A DNA stretch of 62,971 nucleotides, filler included, from Rhabdomonas costata (GCA_019059605.1; 44 parts of 44 records of this genome joined end to end with filler, not necessarily neighbours in it), one strand, 5' to 3'. Shown: positions 48,895 to 61,785, counted from the first letter of the whole stretch. The notes: a model not told the origin generated them from the letters alone. A program made the numbers and translations.

Positions 48895-51039
48895 GCGGGG
48901 GACACGGACGCGTTTAGGAGAGCTGCTGTACTAATGCATACTTACGATGGCCAAATAAGTCTCCGGTTTTCATCGAGTTCTGCTACAACAACGTACCACG
49001 GAATTTGTGTTCGATTCGATTAGATTAGATGGCGCGTAACTGATGCAATTCTGCGGTGAAGGGGGGGTTGGCGAACGAGTTGCCCAATGATCTCGGGTTT
49101 GTTATCACCTTCGCGTGAAAGCTTTGATTGGAGGAGTGGTGCAGAACATAAAACGGCCAGAAAACGGGACGACCCCAACGAACACACAAGCTCCGATACC
49201 GCGTCAAATTTGCGTTCAACTCATCAATCCATGATCGAACAGCACTGGTCATCACCCCGGACAGGCTTCGTGTGACCTGAGAGCCCAATATAAGGAAAGT
49301 TAACCAGCACACTACCACGAGACTACTGCACGCTTACACCAGCGGAAGATGGCGGAAGAAACACCCGTATTGTTCCATTGTGCAGGAGAGTGATCTGGGG
49401 ATACGTTCTTGAAGGTGGGCCGGGTGTATGTGTGCGTATGTGTGGGTGAAACTTCCTCCCAGCACTGCGCTAATCTTTGCCTCTTGAGCCAGCTTGAGCC
49501 AGCTGTGTTTGGCTCACATTCTTTGTAAAACACCACTTTCGGCATGAAATCTTCGCGGAACCGTTTCAGACCACGCTTTCGCGGCTCTTTACATCCTTAG
49601 GGCTAAGCAACACACGCACTTGTTTCAATCTCACCGCATGCCATCTCGCTCCGGAACGTTGCTTCTTTGTAATGCTCCAGACACCAGCTTCACGCGTCAA
49701 GGAGAATCGTTGGGGAAGGTGAGGGACACATACATCCGTTTGACCAGAGCCTTGGTCGCAAAACCGACAGCGGATGCCCATCTCCGAGCATGACCGGTCC
49801 ACCGGCACAGCCGAAAACAGGCTGCGGCCCAACGACGCGGTCCTGTTGGAAGAAAAACACCTCTGACCGGACTCGTGGGTGTGAGGTGAGTGGCACAACT
49901 CCCCTGACACCGGAAAGTAATCTAGTTCCCACGACACACTGGGAGGCGTGGGAGATGAAGGAGGTAAACCAATGGACTGGAAATCACCGAACCAAGCGTT
50001 CCTGCCCGTTTCGGTTTGTTCCCGTAATCCCAACTCTAACTTAAAATTCATCTCTCAGATATTTCGACCAAAAAACCNNNNNNNNNNNNNNNNNNNNNNN
50101 NNNNNNNNNNNNNNNNNNNNNTTAATTAATTAANNNNNNNNNNNNNNNNNNNNNNNNNNNNNNNNNNNNNNNNNNNNCACCATCCATGACGAAGGAGAAC
50201 CTTCTCCAGCGCTGCGTTTGGGTTCGGCAATCACTCGTCACAGCTGGAGAACTCGGGTTTTGTTGCCACGCGGGATGAGACTGAAGGCCTCCACTGCCGC
50301 GCTGTCTTGCAGTGGTCTCTATCTCTATCCCCACGTCCCCTTTGTTTGCTTCCGTGCGCTGTCGTGTGTGCTCTGATACTCACTCCCTGCGCCCTCCTCT
50401 GTACTCTTTCGTTGCGGAGTGCGGGAGTAGAAGGAGCTGGTGTCTGCGCAAACGATTTTGCCCTGTTGTTGTCGCGGTTGTTTGGTAGCTATGCGACTTT
50501 GGTGTATTGCTTGCAGGGAAGGCCTGCTCTCCACCATGAATGTGCCGCCAGCAAATCGGTCAACATTTCCTCCATCGTTTGACCAAATCATATCACTGCA
50601 AACGGTGTCCGTGCATCTCTGCCACTGCGGGACGCCACCAGCGCCGGCCCCTTGGGCACCAAGCCCACTCCGGCATCCTTCATAACCATAGCTAAGCGGC
50701 TTTTCCACCAGCGGTGGGGGTGCCGCAGAGGTTCAAGGATGCACCTTCCGTACGATGGCTTGGAATGACTGCTGGTAATGTGGGAGTGACTGTGGAGGAG
50801 TACGGTGGTACGTTTGAGCTTGTAGACCCAGCCCACTCCCATTACTTTTCGCCCCATATCTCGCAACTAACTTTCACAGCTCTTTCTCACTTCTCTGACT
50901 TTCCACTGTGTTTTTTCAGTGTCTATTCTCCATTGCCCGTGTTGCCGTTCCTTTTCTCATTTGAATCTACGTTGTAGGCCCTGCCCTCTCTGCACTCACC
51001 CCACCTCAGTGCATTTTATTTGCCTCAACCCTTCCCGCG

Positions 51040-51441
51040 ATGAGTTCTATTTGTTTGGACATCAACCAGCCCATCCGCTACAACGAGGACTGGGCAGTCG
51101 GAATTCCACTGATCGACTCTCAGGCACCTTTTCGTCTTCCGCGCTTTTCGTCCCACTACCCTCAGAAGATTAGCATTTTTAAAAGCACTCATTGCCCACC
51201 TTCACCACTCCCTGCCTTGAGAAACGTGGGAACACTGATGTATTTATTCGCCAGAGAAACCGCCAGGGATTCGCAGATACTCCGCTTACCTACCGCTGTT
51301 ATCTCGCAGCACTTGCGGCTTTTTGAGATGATCGAGGATCTTCGCCTGGCCGTGGTGACCAAGGCGGACCCTGCGATTGTCACGAAGGTGCTGAAGGGCC
51401 TAGTGGACTACTGTGGAGACCACTTCGAGTGCGAGCAAATG
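51040..51441 (+). CDS. Hemerythrin (bacteriohemerythrin-like non-heme di-iron) domain, partial
   Basis: Exons (50978)51040-51123 and 51310-51441: IRYNEDWAVGIPLIDSQ|HLRLFEMIEDLRLAVVTKADPAIVTKVLKGLVDYCGDHFECEQM fits VGIxxIDxQHxxL...LxxLxDYxxxHFxxE. The intron is GC-AG. Further upstream exons (~50517-50604, ~50729-50803) may or may not belong to this gene. Confidence 0.88.
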
Positions 51442-51608
51442 GTGCTGTGTTGCGCTGCCACTTGATTCCATTGCAATACATCCCCTTTGCCTTTTTTGCC
51501 AAAACAACNNNNNNNNNNNNNNNNNNNNNNNNNNNNNNNNNNNNNNNNNNNNTTAATTAATTAANNNNNNNNNNNNNNNNNNNNNNNNNNNNNNNNNNNN
51601 NNNNNNNN

Positions 51609-52728
51609 CGGTTGCAGGACTCTCAGCTGTCTGAGAAGAAGAAACTTCTGGTATGGTTCCTGCCCCGTTCATATGCTGTTTTTTTTCTTGGTGATTGCGT
51701 GACTATTCCTGCCCCATTGGCTGTGCTTGAGGATGTGATTTGGTTCCATTTGAACAATAACTGCTGTTTTGGCCACATCTCATGCCTTCAATCGCAGACT
51801 TGTACTCGTCATTACTTTTGAAGATGCCCACTTCATATTACACGACCCGCGGATGTTGGATTGCTTTAAGTCACGAGAAGTCGCTGGCCCAAGTTGAATT
51901 TTGGAAACTCACCCCTGTTCCAGGACCTGAGGTTTTGGTGGTCGCTTATCAATGTGAGCCTGCCTGATGTGTGTGCGCAGAGAATGCTCCAGCCCGAGCA
52001 AGCTGCCCGGAATTTTCTCCTGGACGAGGACGACGAGATCGCCAAGGCGGATGTCCCGGAACGGCTATACGTAAATCCCCACCACAAGCACCCTTCCTTG
52101 GGCTTTCTTTGGAGGATCTTATTCATCTCGCGTGAAAGAAAGCGTTTCGCTCTTCTGGTGACAGAAAAAGCTGGAGGGGGTCACCATCTCAACACCTCAA
52201 CATGGTTACCAACAACAGAGGTCCTTTTTACGACTAGCTCCGGGTCCCTTTGATGCCTGGCACCAGCCAATACCATCTTCCCATGCTGCTGACTGCCCTG
52301 CACTATGTTGTGCACACACGAAGTCCCTAACCACATACACACACGCACAGCTTATGAGGCTACGGCAGAATCGGCTACGTTTCCTGGAGCAGTTCCGGGT
52401 CACAGATGAGGCAGGAGCAGCTGAATCCTCGGACCTTCCGACGGTTGCTGAAGCCCTTGCGCTGGAAGCACGCTGGTAGCCCCTCCATATCTCCTACAGC
52501 CCCCTGTGTAGGTGGGTGGGTGGGTGGACTCAAAGGTGCAGACATAGCTGTATTTTGGCCCCATGAAATGTCATTGTCCAATCCCTCTCTCCGCCCTTTG
52601 CCTTCTCCCGGACTTTTTTGTCTTTCCAAAGGATTTTGGACTACGGTGACCGTGACAACGATGTCCGCACCATGATGAAAGCCAATCGCTTTTGGGATGA
52701 AAGAGCTGTGCTTCGAGCTATTGCAAAG
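51609..52728 (+). CDS. SPT6: Transcription elongation factor SPT6, four internal exons
   Basis: Exons 51609-51650, 51981-52070, 52351-52475, 52632-52728: RMLQPEQAARNFLLDEDDEIAKADVPERLY|LMRL..ALALEARW|ILDY..AVLRAIAK; matches SPT6 'EPxExxxxxLTDxDxEIxxxDxPER...LxxEAxWI'. Confidence 0.8.
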
Positions 52729-53179
52729 GTTGAGACTTTCTGCATGTAAATCAAAGGACAGCAGGAAAGCGTGGGGTAATAGGTTTGTATCATGCTTCCC
52801 GAACAAAAATTAAACATGCAAAAATTGGCTTGGACGAGACATATACTTCACTTCTTCTCCGAAGACAGGAACTCGCACCGGTTCGGTTTATGCTTGTTTA
52901 ATTTTTGTTCGGGAAGCATGATACAAACCTATTACCCCACANNNNNNNNNNNNNNNNNNNNNNNNNNNNNNNNNNNNNNNNNNNNTTAATTAATTAANNN
53001 NNNNNNNNNNNNNNNNNNNNNNNNNNNNNNNNNNNNNNNNNGTGTTGGTGGTTTGGTGGTGGAAGGGTTCTGTTGGTGGGTGCTTGTTGTGGGCTTGTTT
53101 GTGAGTCATTACTTGCTTCCTTCTTTTCTTCTCGTCGGAAATGGGGTTGGGGATCCCGCATTTTCTCTCCTCACTCCAG

Positions 53180-54046
53180 GACGGTCATTGTGCGGTTGCA
53201 CATGATGTCCCATGACGAAGCTTCTGCACGCTTGGACATCGCCGAAGAGGAGGAGAGCTCGTTTATGCAGGTTTCGGAAGACGGTTATTGCCTGAATCAC
53301 AACCTAAATATTTAGATTTTTCGTGGTTCTGTCCTGACCAGTTCCCAACACATACCGTATTTCCGCAACGATCTGTGTTCGAGAATGTCGTGAATAAACG
53401 CAAGTTCGCATTCTTTTCGATGCGTGTATGAATTCTTTTTGTCAGCAGTCTAATATATAGCAGGCAACAGTGCAACAGAATTCAGGTTCTCTGCCTAAAC
53501 CTTGCTTATGAACCAACAGGATGCAAAATCAGGGCAAATGGCAGCTTCTGTCCCGAAAAAATCGGCGCGCTCTCGACGCGCGATTCCTGTACGCCACCTC
53601 TACTCAAAGACACCCATCCGAGACCAGCTGGAATCTTGGCCAAATAAACTTCCGAATCTCTTAGTTTTCCTGGTTGAGCTAATTTTGCTGCTTAGCTGCT
53701 TTTCATGCCCTCCGGCGAGTGGTGTGGTTGATGGCCTGCTGAAACGACCCAAAAATGTCAAGGAGCCCTAACGCGCCCTAACACCAGACTGATATGTGAT
53801 TGGAAGTATGGGGGTTTCCTCCAGTTCTCCCTTTTGCCGTTTTTGCACACCGCACAGCTGGCCTACGACGAGGACCTAGACCGGCACCATCAGGGCCAGA
53901 TTCGTGATTTCTATGATGTCGAGAAGTACGCCAGGGCGACCCTCAAGGTCACCGAGGAGAAGGAGTTCCGGCTCCTGCTTGAGTTGGTCAGCGTGGTTCA
54001 GTCGGAGGACTCCGAAAGGCACTCGCTGCAGTCCCTGGAACGGCAG
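53180..54046 (+). CDS. Acidic coiled-coil protein, two exons
   Basis: Exons 53180-53270 and 53858-54046 with repeated E..AR..(I/L)..EE motifs (DEASARLDIAEEEE; VEKYARATLKVTEE; SEDSERHSLQSLE). Confidence 0.65.
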
Positions 54047-54700
54047 GTTGGTGACATTCCCCACTCTCACTCCATCCCGCGCCACTTCCCGCCTTCCGGC
54101 GGAAAGTGGCGGGCCAACCTTGCAGAAAGCCAGAGAACTCTAGCCTCAACCAGGCATGTAAGGTGCGTTGGGCGGTGTTGACAGTGCGGGTGGTGAACCA
54201 AGCAGTCGGGGGAACTCGATTGCACACCAACACTCACGAAAAGCTCTCACAACACAAAGAAGGGGAGGTGGTTTTGGTCCAAGAAAATCTCTGATCCTCG
54301 AGCCACTAGGGCACGGCCGTTGATCTGTTGACAACGCCGGAGCGCCGTGGACTCACCTGTTTTACCCCCCAAAANNNNNNNNNNNNNNNNNNNNNNNNNN
54401 NNNNNNNNNNNNNNNNNNTTAATTAATTAANNNNNNNNNNNNNNNNNNNNNNNNNNNNNNNNNNNNNNNNNNNNTTTTAAATTACCTTTAACTTTAACTT
54501 TTCTATTTTTTGCATGCTTTTTGCATCGCAGTTTTGGTTTCGCCAATTTCGCATTTTTTCCCAGCCCTGAATTGCTGATTGCGAAAATACCGTAGCCAGG
54601 AAAAACCTGTCATATTTTTCTCCCCTCGTCTCTTCCTTCGTCGTTTTTGCCCGTTTGAGCTGTGGTTTGGCGTGTCACTGTTCTTTCGTATTGTTTTTAG

Positions 54701-55307
54701 ACCTTGAGGACCTGCTGCACACTGTCAGTGGCGGGCTGCCTTTCCTCTGTACTATTGAACTTCACGAACGAGGCGAGTACTGCAGCGACGAGGCAACGTG
54801 TAAAAGCTTTTTCTTGACCTCGTGACAGCATCATTTGTCGCCGGTCATTGCGATTCCTGGCTCAACGCGGCAACGGAACTGCAGAGGATGCACCTTATAC
54901 CCATTTTGGCCAAACTATTTGGGCGATTGCAGACCGCTTTGTCTCTCTTTCTCTCTTTCCCCCTTTTCTTTTATGTATACAGGCTCTGCTGAGAAAGCTG
55001 CGAGCGTTTGAGGAAATCTTCCTGCGGAGACACCCCGAAGCTAATTTCTTCTTAAGGCTTGTTACATTTCCGACTTTCTGACTCTTTTGTTGTTTTTCCA
55101 CCTAACCGACTGCATACACCTGTACCAACGTGGCTCGAAGAAATTTAACACCTCCCTTCTTGCATGGTTGCTGTGGTTCTTGGGACTGAGGACCAGGGCC
55201 TTTTTTATTGCATTCTGTCAAGGGCGACGGCGATGCTCTCCCCCAGCACCTCAACGCTGAACCAGAAACTTGCCCTTCTGCTGCGCTCCATGAGCCGCAA
55301 ACGACCG
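54701..55307 (+). CDS. Hypothetical protein, short exons
   Basis: Three polyY-AG acceptors (54700, 54982, 55222); likely reading DLEDLLHT|ALLRKLRAFEEIFLRRHPEANFFL...; donors ambiguous. Confidence 0.35.
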
Positions 55308-55413
55308 GTGATTGGCTCCACTCTCACCTGGAGCCCTTTTCGAAGGGGGGGGGGGGTTGGCATTGAATTCATGTTGATTTTTTTGTTCGTCAACAAAGCT
55401 GAAGCAGGCTTGG

Positions 55414-55441
55414 GGTATAGGAGGTATAGGAGGTATAGGAG
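55414..55441 (+). repeat. 9-nt tandem repeat
   Basis: GGTATAGGA x3. Confidence 0.9.
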
Positions 55442-57855
55442 CTAACTCAGAAGCACCAACAGTAGCACCAAGAGCAAAAAAATGACGAGAAGAAGGGGAG
55501 GACACATCGAAGAGATTCGGATCCTACGATGATGTCGAGAGTCGATTTTTCTCTTGGCAAAGCGAAACAGGATGGAGCTGTGCTTCATTTATTCCTGATA
55601 AGTCAGCAATTTTTTTAGATACCGGAAAACAGCAGCAATGCAGGGTATCAGCGGAGGTATGGGCACGGTGCTGTGGCACCATTTAACGCGATACCGTTCA
55701 AAACTGCCTTCCCCTTAAACCATTCACACGTAGACGCGGACACAATTTTTAACACCAGCGCTTTATCCGAATTCAACTAAAAATGCAACCAAGGTACACA
55801 ACAAACNNNNNNNNNNNNNNNNNNNNNNNNNNNNNNNNNNNNNNNNNNNNTTAATTAATTAANNNNNNNNNNNNNNNNNNNNNNNNNNNNNNNNNNNNNN
55901 NNNNNNGTGGGGGGGTTGTTGGCTCTGATCAAGCTCGCAGTGATTAACGGCCGGGGGCCTAGTTTGCTAAATTTTTTTTTTGGATATGAGCACCGAGACA
56001 AAGGCGCGAGCAGAGGAATGAAGGGCTCCAAAAGTGTTGGCCAAAAATGGCAAACACTCCCGACCTGCAGGATGGCCTGGGACTTGGTTTCCCGCAGTTT
56101 GGTTAAAGCAGCCGAATCCATTAGGTTGTTGAGGCCATCTGCTTAGGCCGGGGAACTGCAACATTGAATTGATTGCGTTGATCTTTGAACTACCTCACTT
56201 TGAGCTTGAGCATTGAACGAAAAGGATGAAATGAAAGTGGTTGTCACTGGAGGCCCCTTACAAACTGGCCGCGGCATCTGGAGCGCAGTGTCAGGAGCAG
56301 CTGTAGTTCTTCCGGCTTGCCAGATTAGTCAGCAAAACACCATTGATCACCCACTGGGCGCCAAAACGAGCCGCTGTGCTTGTGTCTGCGACGCCAGTCT
56401 GGTGCTGGAAACGCACCTGGAAACGCACCACTGGACGAGCTTGTGGACCCTCATATGGGTAAAATGTGGCCTTTTGGGAGCACACAGGAGCTACTATGCA
56501 ATGGTGCACTCCTTGTACTCACTTGCTAAACCAGGCCGCTGGCTCCGTCATCCCCTCACCCGGTGTTTTCCCCCCGCGCACAAAGTTGTGGTTCGATCTT
56601 GTTGCACTTGTTCAACAAAAGATTTATTTTTTGTTTAAAGGAGTGGCGGCGAAAGAAACAACAAAAGTAAGTTTTTAAGTATGGCGTGAGTTGGTGCTTT
56701 TCAACCAATGGTGATATGGGCACTTGGTGTTCCAAAAAGAGTGATGTCGTGCCCATAGAAAAGTATCGATTTATTCGATGTTCCTTAAGTTTTTTTTAGG
56801 CCTCCCGGAAATTTACAAGGTAAAATACGCGGTGCCCATCAGCCAGCTATTCTGAATGCGATTATTCGTGCCATTCGATTTTTTATTTTATGTTCACGAG
56901 TTGACAGATCCGAACATCTACAGCGAAAGAAGTGCAACATGCTGGGAAGCCTTGATGTCCCTTTGGATCATCAGGTTTCCTGTCGGCACTCCGGTCCGTA
57001 GTAGTGCGGCATAATACTTTGCGGTCCGCTGAGGGCCGTATTTGCAACAGCCGCCGGTGTTACCGTCAGGTTCGAGGACCCAGTGGTGTCAGCAGGGACC
57101 GACTCGACGATGTGCTCATTTAGGCTTGGGAGGAGGGAGGGACTGCGTCCATGCCCTGAACCTCTGAGCCCACCCCACCACCGCAAACGCGTGTGTCACA
57201 CAGCATGTCCCCATGCCCAGCCACTCACCAACCTCCCATNNNNNNNNNNNNNNNNNNNNNNNNNNNNNNNNNNNNNNNNNNNNTTAATTAATTAANNNNN
57301 NNNNNNNNNNNNNNNNNNNNNNNNNNNNNNNNNNNNNNNGGTTTGTGGGGTCACATGGCTGGCTGTTGCCTGAATGGGTTTTAGTGACCAATATCGATTT
57401 ACTGGTGCTCGGGGGAGGTTTTTCAAAGCGCACGGAGCCATTGGGTTTCGCCTCACCGCAGTGCGTTTCACATGAGATACCATCCCATTAACTTACGGGT
57501 TCCGGGCCTTTGTCGCGCAACTGTCTTTTTTCGACGGCAACCCGCGCAGGTCCAGAACTGCTCAGGTCTCTGGGGCGCCGTCCTCCCTCTTGAGGTGGCT
57601 TGTCGTAGCTGGGGCCTTATCATCTTGAAACGCACCTTGGGCTGTTCCTTCAAACGTGAAAATGGACCGCTTCGGACAGTATCTGCAGGCGTCTGTCCCT
57701 CGACATTACTCTAAAGTTGGCCTGCTGCCTCTTCTTCCCCTCTCCCTTGCAACTTCCCTGTCTCAGTCAATGACTCTTCGACCAGGTGCGTCAGGGGAAC
57801 TAGAGGCGAGAGCTGCAGGTGTACTTGTTTGCGTGCATTTTTGTGTGCACCTTAC

Positions 57856-58439
57856 GACATGCAGCCATCGAGTGACGACCTTGCCCTCCACCAGCATCGT
57901 CTGCCTGGGGTCCAGCAGCGCTATAGCGTAGGCCCCAAACAGCGCGGAAAAACGCTCTCCCAACAAGTGAGCCGTGCGCAGGGCCTCCCGCATCACGGCA
58001 CCCTGAGGCACGCAACCACCCAACAATCTTTCCAGCTCTGACTGAAGGCAAAGGCACCACCCTGGACGACGTAAACTGCCCAGCGCTTTCATGGCAAGAG
58101 CCCGTCTTCGTGACCTGCCTGGGGTTTGGGCGGGTGAAAAGAATTGGAAGACGAACTCCACCGTTCTGGCACTTACCTCAAGGGTTTTTCCGAGCAACAC
58201 TTGGAACGCGACCGCTTTGCCTTTGACACGATACCTTGGGTAACCTCACAGCCCCCCATCGGTTGTCCTTGCATGAGGAGAAGCACCTGCTTCGCGTGCT
58301 TCTCGGAGGCCATCGCGGCCTGGCTGTGGGCCGCCGTAACCTCCTCCACCTGCTGGGCCATAAGTCGCAGCTTGCGGCGGAGCTCTTCCTGCGCAGCGCG
58401 AGACTCCGCAAGCTGGGCCTGTAAAGCCTTAAGCTTCTC
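57856..58439 (-). CDS. Coiled-coil hypothetical protein, two exons
   Basis: Phase-0 exons 58439-58287 (EKLKALQAQLAESRAAQEELRRKLRLMAQQVEEV..) and 58041-57856 (SELERLLGGCVPQGAVMREAL..RWLHV), GT-AG. Confidence 0.65.
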
Positions 58440-58773
58440 CTGGCACGCGGAGAAAAGAAATGAAGGGACACCCGCTCATCAACACACACACACACACAGA
58501 AAGCTGACTATTTTAACCGTTATGTATCCAATACCCATGTCCGCCACTTCTTCTGAAACCAACCCCCACTTCTTTTGCACGTGCCCTTTGGCTACAATCA
58601 CTTCTAGTTTTTCTGGTTTCCGACCCGACAACACATTGTTCTAAAGTTCTACTTCCAAAAACCCCCCCCCACNNNNNNNNNNNNNNNNNNNNNNNNNNNN
58701 NNNNNNNNNNNNNNNNTTAATTAATTAANNNNNNNNNNNNNNNNNNNNNNNNNNNNNNNNNNNNNNNNNNNNC

Positions 58774-60100
58774 CTGCCTTCCAATTCGGTTGCCGCGGGG
58801 ATGAGCATTCAGCTGGGATATTATCTTAGAGCCACGGGCAATTCCACCGGCGCGGAAGAAATCTCGATCCCGTCCTCTGCAGTTGAAGGTGATGTGTTTT
58901 GGGGCCTCTCACGTAATGTGACGCTGGCGATGCCCTGCCCAGCAAGCGGAAGTTTCCGTGTGTGTGACTTGAGCGGGCAAGTGCGCTACTTCCTGCACAC
59001 CACCACTGCGGTGTGGCTGACCTTCACCCCCAATACCACCGCAATTGGAACGTTCTCCTCGGCCATTACGTTCAGCGCACAATGGTTCCAAAACTCGCTG
59101 AGTGTACCTGGGCTGACTGTTCTGGGAGTTTTTGAAGTGGAAATTTCCGCCCTTCCATCGCCCTTGGTGGTGTCCGGTTCTTCCGTCGTTGTGGAGGTTG
59201 ATGTTTCAGTGAATTTTGCAACGGGCTGGGGCTCTACAGTGATCTCGGCGTCGTGGAGCTCAATGCTGGTCAACGCCTCCCAGATGATGGTGTCTGGCGT
59301 GTCCAGCTCTGGCCCATGGCAGCCATGCGTCGTGGCTGTGACTGACGTGGTTTGCTCCACTAACATTTCCCTTCCTGGGCTGTTTTGGATGCTCGTTACC
59401 CCAAGCTCAACGCTTACCGGGTGGTTTCCCGGAGTCGTCACGATGTCTGCGCCGTTGTTTTCCAACTACACCTTCTCTCCTGGCTTCAAGATACTGGGGG
59501 TTACCTCCGTTGTTTCGAGCCTTGCCACGCCGCCAACTGTTGGACTGGGGCACACCGTTTTGGTTGAGCTACACTCCATCTCCACGGGGCCATCACTTTC
59601 TAACACCTCTCGCTTGGTGCTACCCAGTGGCAAGCTAAGCCTCAATGGTCTCGTTCGCTGGGGCAGAGTTTCGGATACCTTCTCCACAGCCTACCCGTGC
59701 CAGACCCTTTTCCAGAGTGTGTTATGTGACCTGGGCGACATCGTTCCTGGCATCAACTTCGCCACGCGTGCAACAACTGTGGTGAAAATCTGGTTTGTAC
59801 CGGTAGAGACCGTCATTGGGCCGCTGAATATGCCCATCACTTATGAGGCCGACAACTTTGTTAGTGCGGTTGTCATTCCCAACATCACTGTTGCTGGATC
59901 CTTCACTGCAACTTTTTCTGTGACGCCGAAGGTCCAGAGTTTGGGAACTAACCGGACGATAGTACTCACAATAAGCGCCACAGCTCAGACGAACGGCTCA
60001 GAAGTGATTGCGGTTCATTCTGCGGAAGTGGACCCCTCAAAGGGAGTGCAATGGGCTGCCACCCCAGAGGCGATGACCCTACCGTGCACCTTGGGCCCAC
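58774..60100 (+). CDS. Large extracellular protein with tandem Ig-like (DUF11-like) repeats, internal fragment
   Basis: Frame open across the whole contig (about 440 aa), V/S/T-rich, several N-x-S/T sites. About 3.5 repeats of ~125 aa, each with W/G..PC-x8-C (e.g. PCQTLFQSVLCDLGDIVPG) and ending P.(L/F/I)x(V/I)xG. Confidence 0.8.
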
Positions 60101-60343
60101 ACACCNNNNNNNNNNNNNNNNNNNNNNNNNNNNNNNNNNNNNNNNNNNNTTAATTAATTAANNNNNNNNNNNNNNNNNNNNNNNNNNNNNNNNNNNNNNN
60201 NNNNNGTTGTGGCGAGGTCATCTTTACTTTGCTTTAGTGCTTTAGTAGCGGAGCGAGTAATCCCCTGGCCCCTTCGCATAGAAGCGGTGGGGTATTTTCT
60301 CGCTCAGTCGTCTTTCTTGCACATATTTCATTTCCACGCGCAG

Positions 60344-60579
60344 GAGGCGGTGCGCCACTTCCTGTCTCTGTGCGAGACCTTGGGCGGCCGTATTCTCGTT
60401 GACACTGGGGTTGCCACTCAGGTGTGTGAGAGATTGTGTGTGTAATTGTGTGTGTGATTGTGTGTGTGATTATGCGAATTGTGTTTGAGTGAGTGAGTGA
60501 GTAAGTGTGGATGTCCTCCCGCTCTCCCATGGATGCGAATGCCTACAGGGCTCCCTGGGAGACGGCGTTTACGGGGAAG
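60344..60579 (+). CDS. Hypothetical protein, two short exons
   Basis: Exons 60344-60421 and 60549-60579: EAVRHFLSLCETLGGRILVDTGVATQ|GSLGDGVYGE. Confidence 0.45.
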
Positions 60580-61645
60580 GTGCGTAGCGCGCAGCTGGTG
60601 AACCGTACACTCCGCCCCCCGCCCCCCATTCGCCGTTAGGTGTCAAAAGAAACCGCATCGGAATTCGGCAGTTGTTAGGGTATGAGGCAGCACAGCAGTG
60701 CGATGTATGCTAACACGGTCGCAGTGCTGCTGGTTCGAGCGGTCGCGCAAAACAGAAAGCATTCACAAGGAAAAGCCCCACTTGCCCCCTATTTCCCACT
60801 TGTGCTTGAGTTTTTTGTGTGCACGTGTTCGTGAGTTTCTGACACAAGTCCACAGCGGAATCATCCACCCCGCCATGGGATAAGAAGCGTGTGTGCGACA
60901 GGTCATGGTCATGGTCATGGATGAAAGATGGAGGCTTTTTGGTGCAAAGTGTTTCGGGGGGGGGTATGTGGGACGTTTTAACGTTCCATATGCGGATTAC
61001 AGTTGTCGTGATCTTTACTTGTTATTTGTGACGTGAGTTTCACTGATTGGTTTCCTCTCGAACTGTCGCGGGCAGGATACATGATTTTAGAGACGGAGGC
61101 GAGCGTGTCAGTGCGCCAAAGCGGTCCGTTGAGTCGTTGGGTAATTTATGAACGTTATGTCGCCCCTGGACATTTTTGTTTCACGAACTATGTCCTTTGG
61201 CAGGGCAGTGCCAAAGCGTGCACACTTTTCCCATTTAATAGCGATTTGGAGGGTAATTTTGAGCCTTTTTCTGTAGTAATGCTATCCAATGCGTTGTAGA
61301 AAGTGGGCGGTATTTCTGAACTTGCTGGCTCTGGAATCCTTTTATTGTGGTCAAATTTTCATGCTCAACGGTGTCGTGAGACAGCAATATGCAGAATTGA
61401 GTTTTTCTTGATGAATTGACTTTGTCTTGCCTGCTCCCCCTTTATGGTTGTCATTAGGCGTCGCATTTAAATTTATTCTTATGAAATGATAATGTCCATG
61501 GTGATACTATTCAACACTTTCCTGCATTCAGCATCACANNNNNNNNNNNNNNNNNNNNNNNNNNNNNNNNNNNNNNNNNNNNTTAATTAATTAANNNNNN
61601 NNNNNNNNNNNNNNNNNNNNNNNNNNNNNNNNNNNNNNGTGTTTG

Positions 61646-61785
61646 TGGGCCGGAGAAGAACGGAGAAGAACGGACTCGAACTTTCTATAAAAGGGTAACA
61701 ATGAAACGTGCTGAATGGAGGTTACTGGAGCAAGATGGCGTTTACGACACTCCCCGTCCGTTCTTCTCCGTTCTTCTCCGGCCCA
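61646..61785. repeat. Terminal inverted repeat (probable fold-back amplification artefact)
   Basis: 30-nt arms 61646-61675 and 61756-61785 at the contig start. Confidence 0.85.

Noticed and set aside
49020..49330. DIRS-type tyrosine recombinase relic (LRSHEA)
   Set aside because: Needs a frameshift, and no HxxR/Y motif is recoverable.
54770..55060. Two further GC donors (GAG|GCGAGT, AAG|GCTTGT)
   Set aside because: Equally good in-frame GT alternatives exist and there is no homology to decide between them.
1380..61574. Regularly spaced TTAATTAATTAA with ~1.3-kb 'spacers' as a CRISPR-like or integron-like array
   Set aside because: Each copy sits in the middle of N runs; it is a scaffolding linker, and the even spacing reflects contig size sorting.
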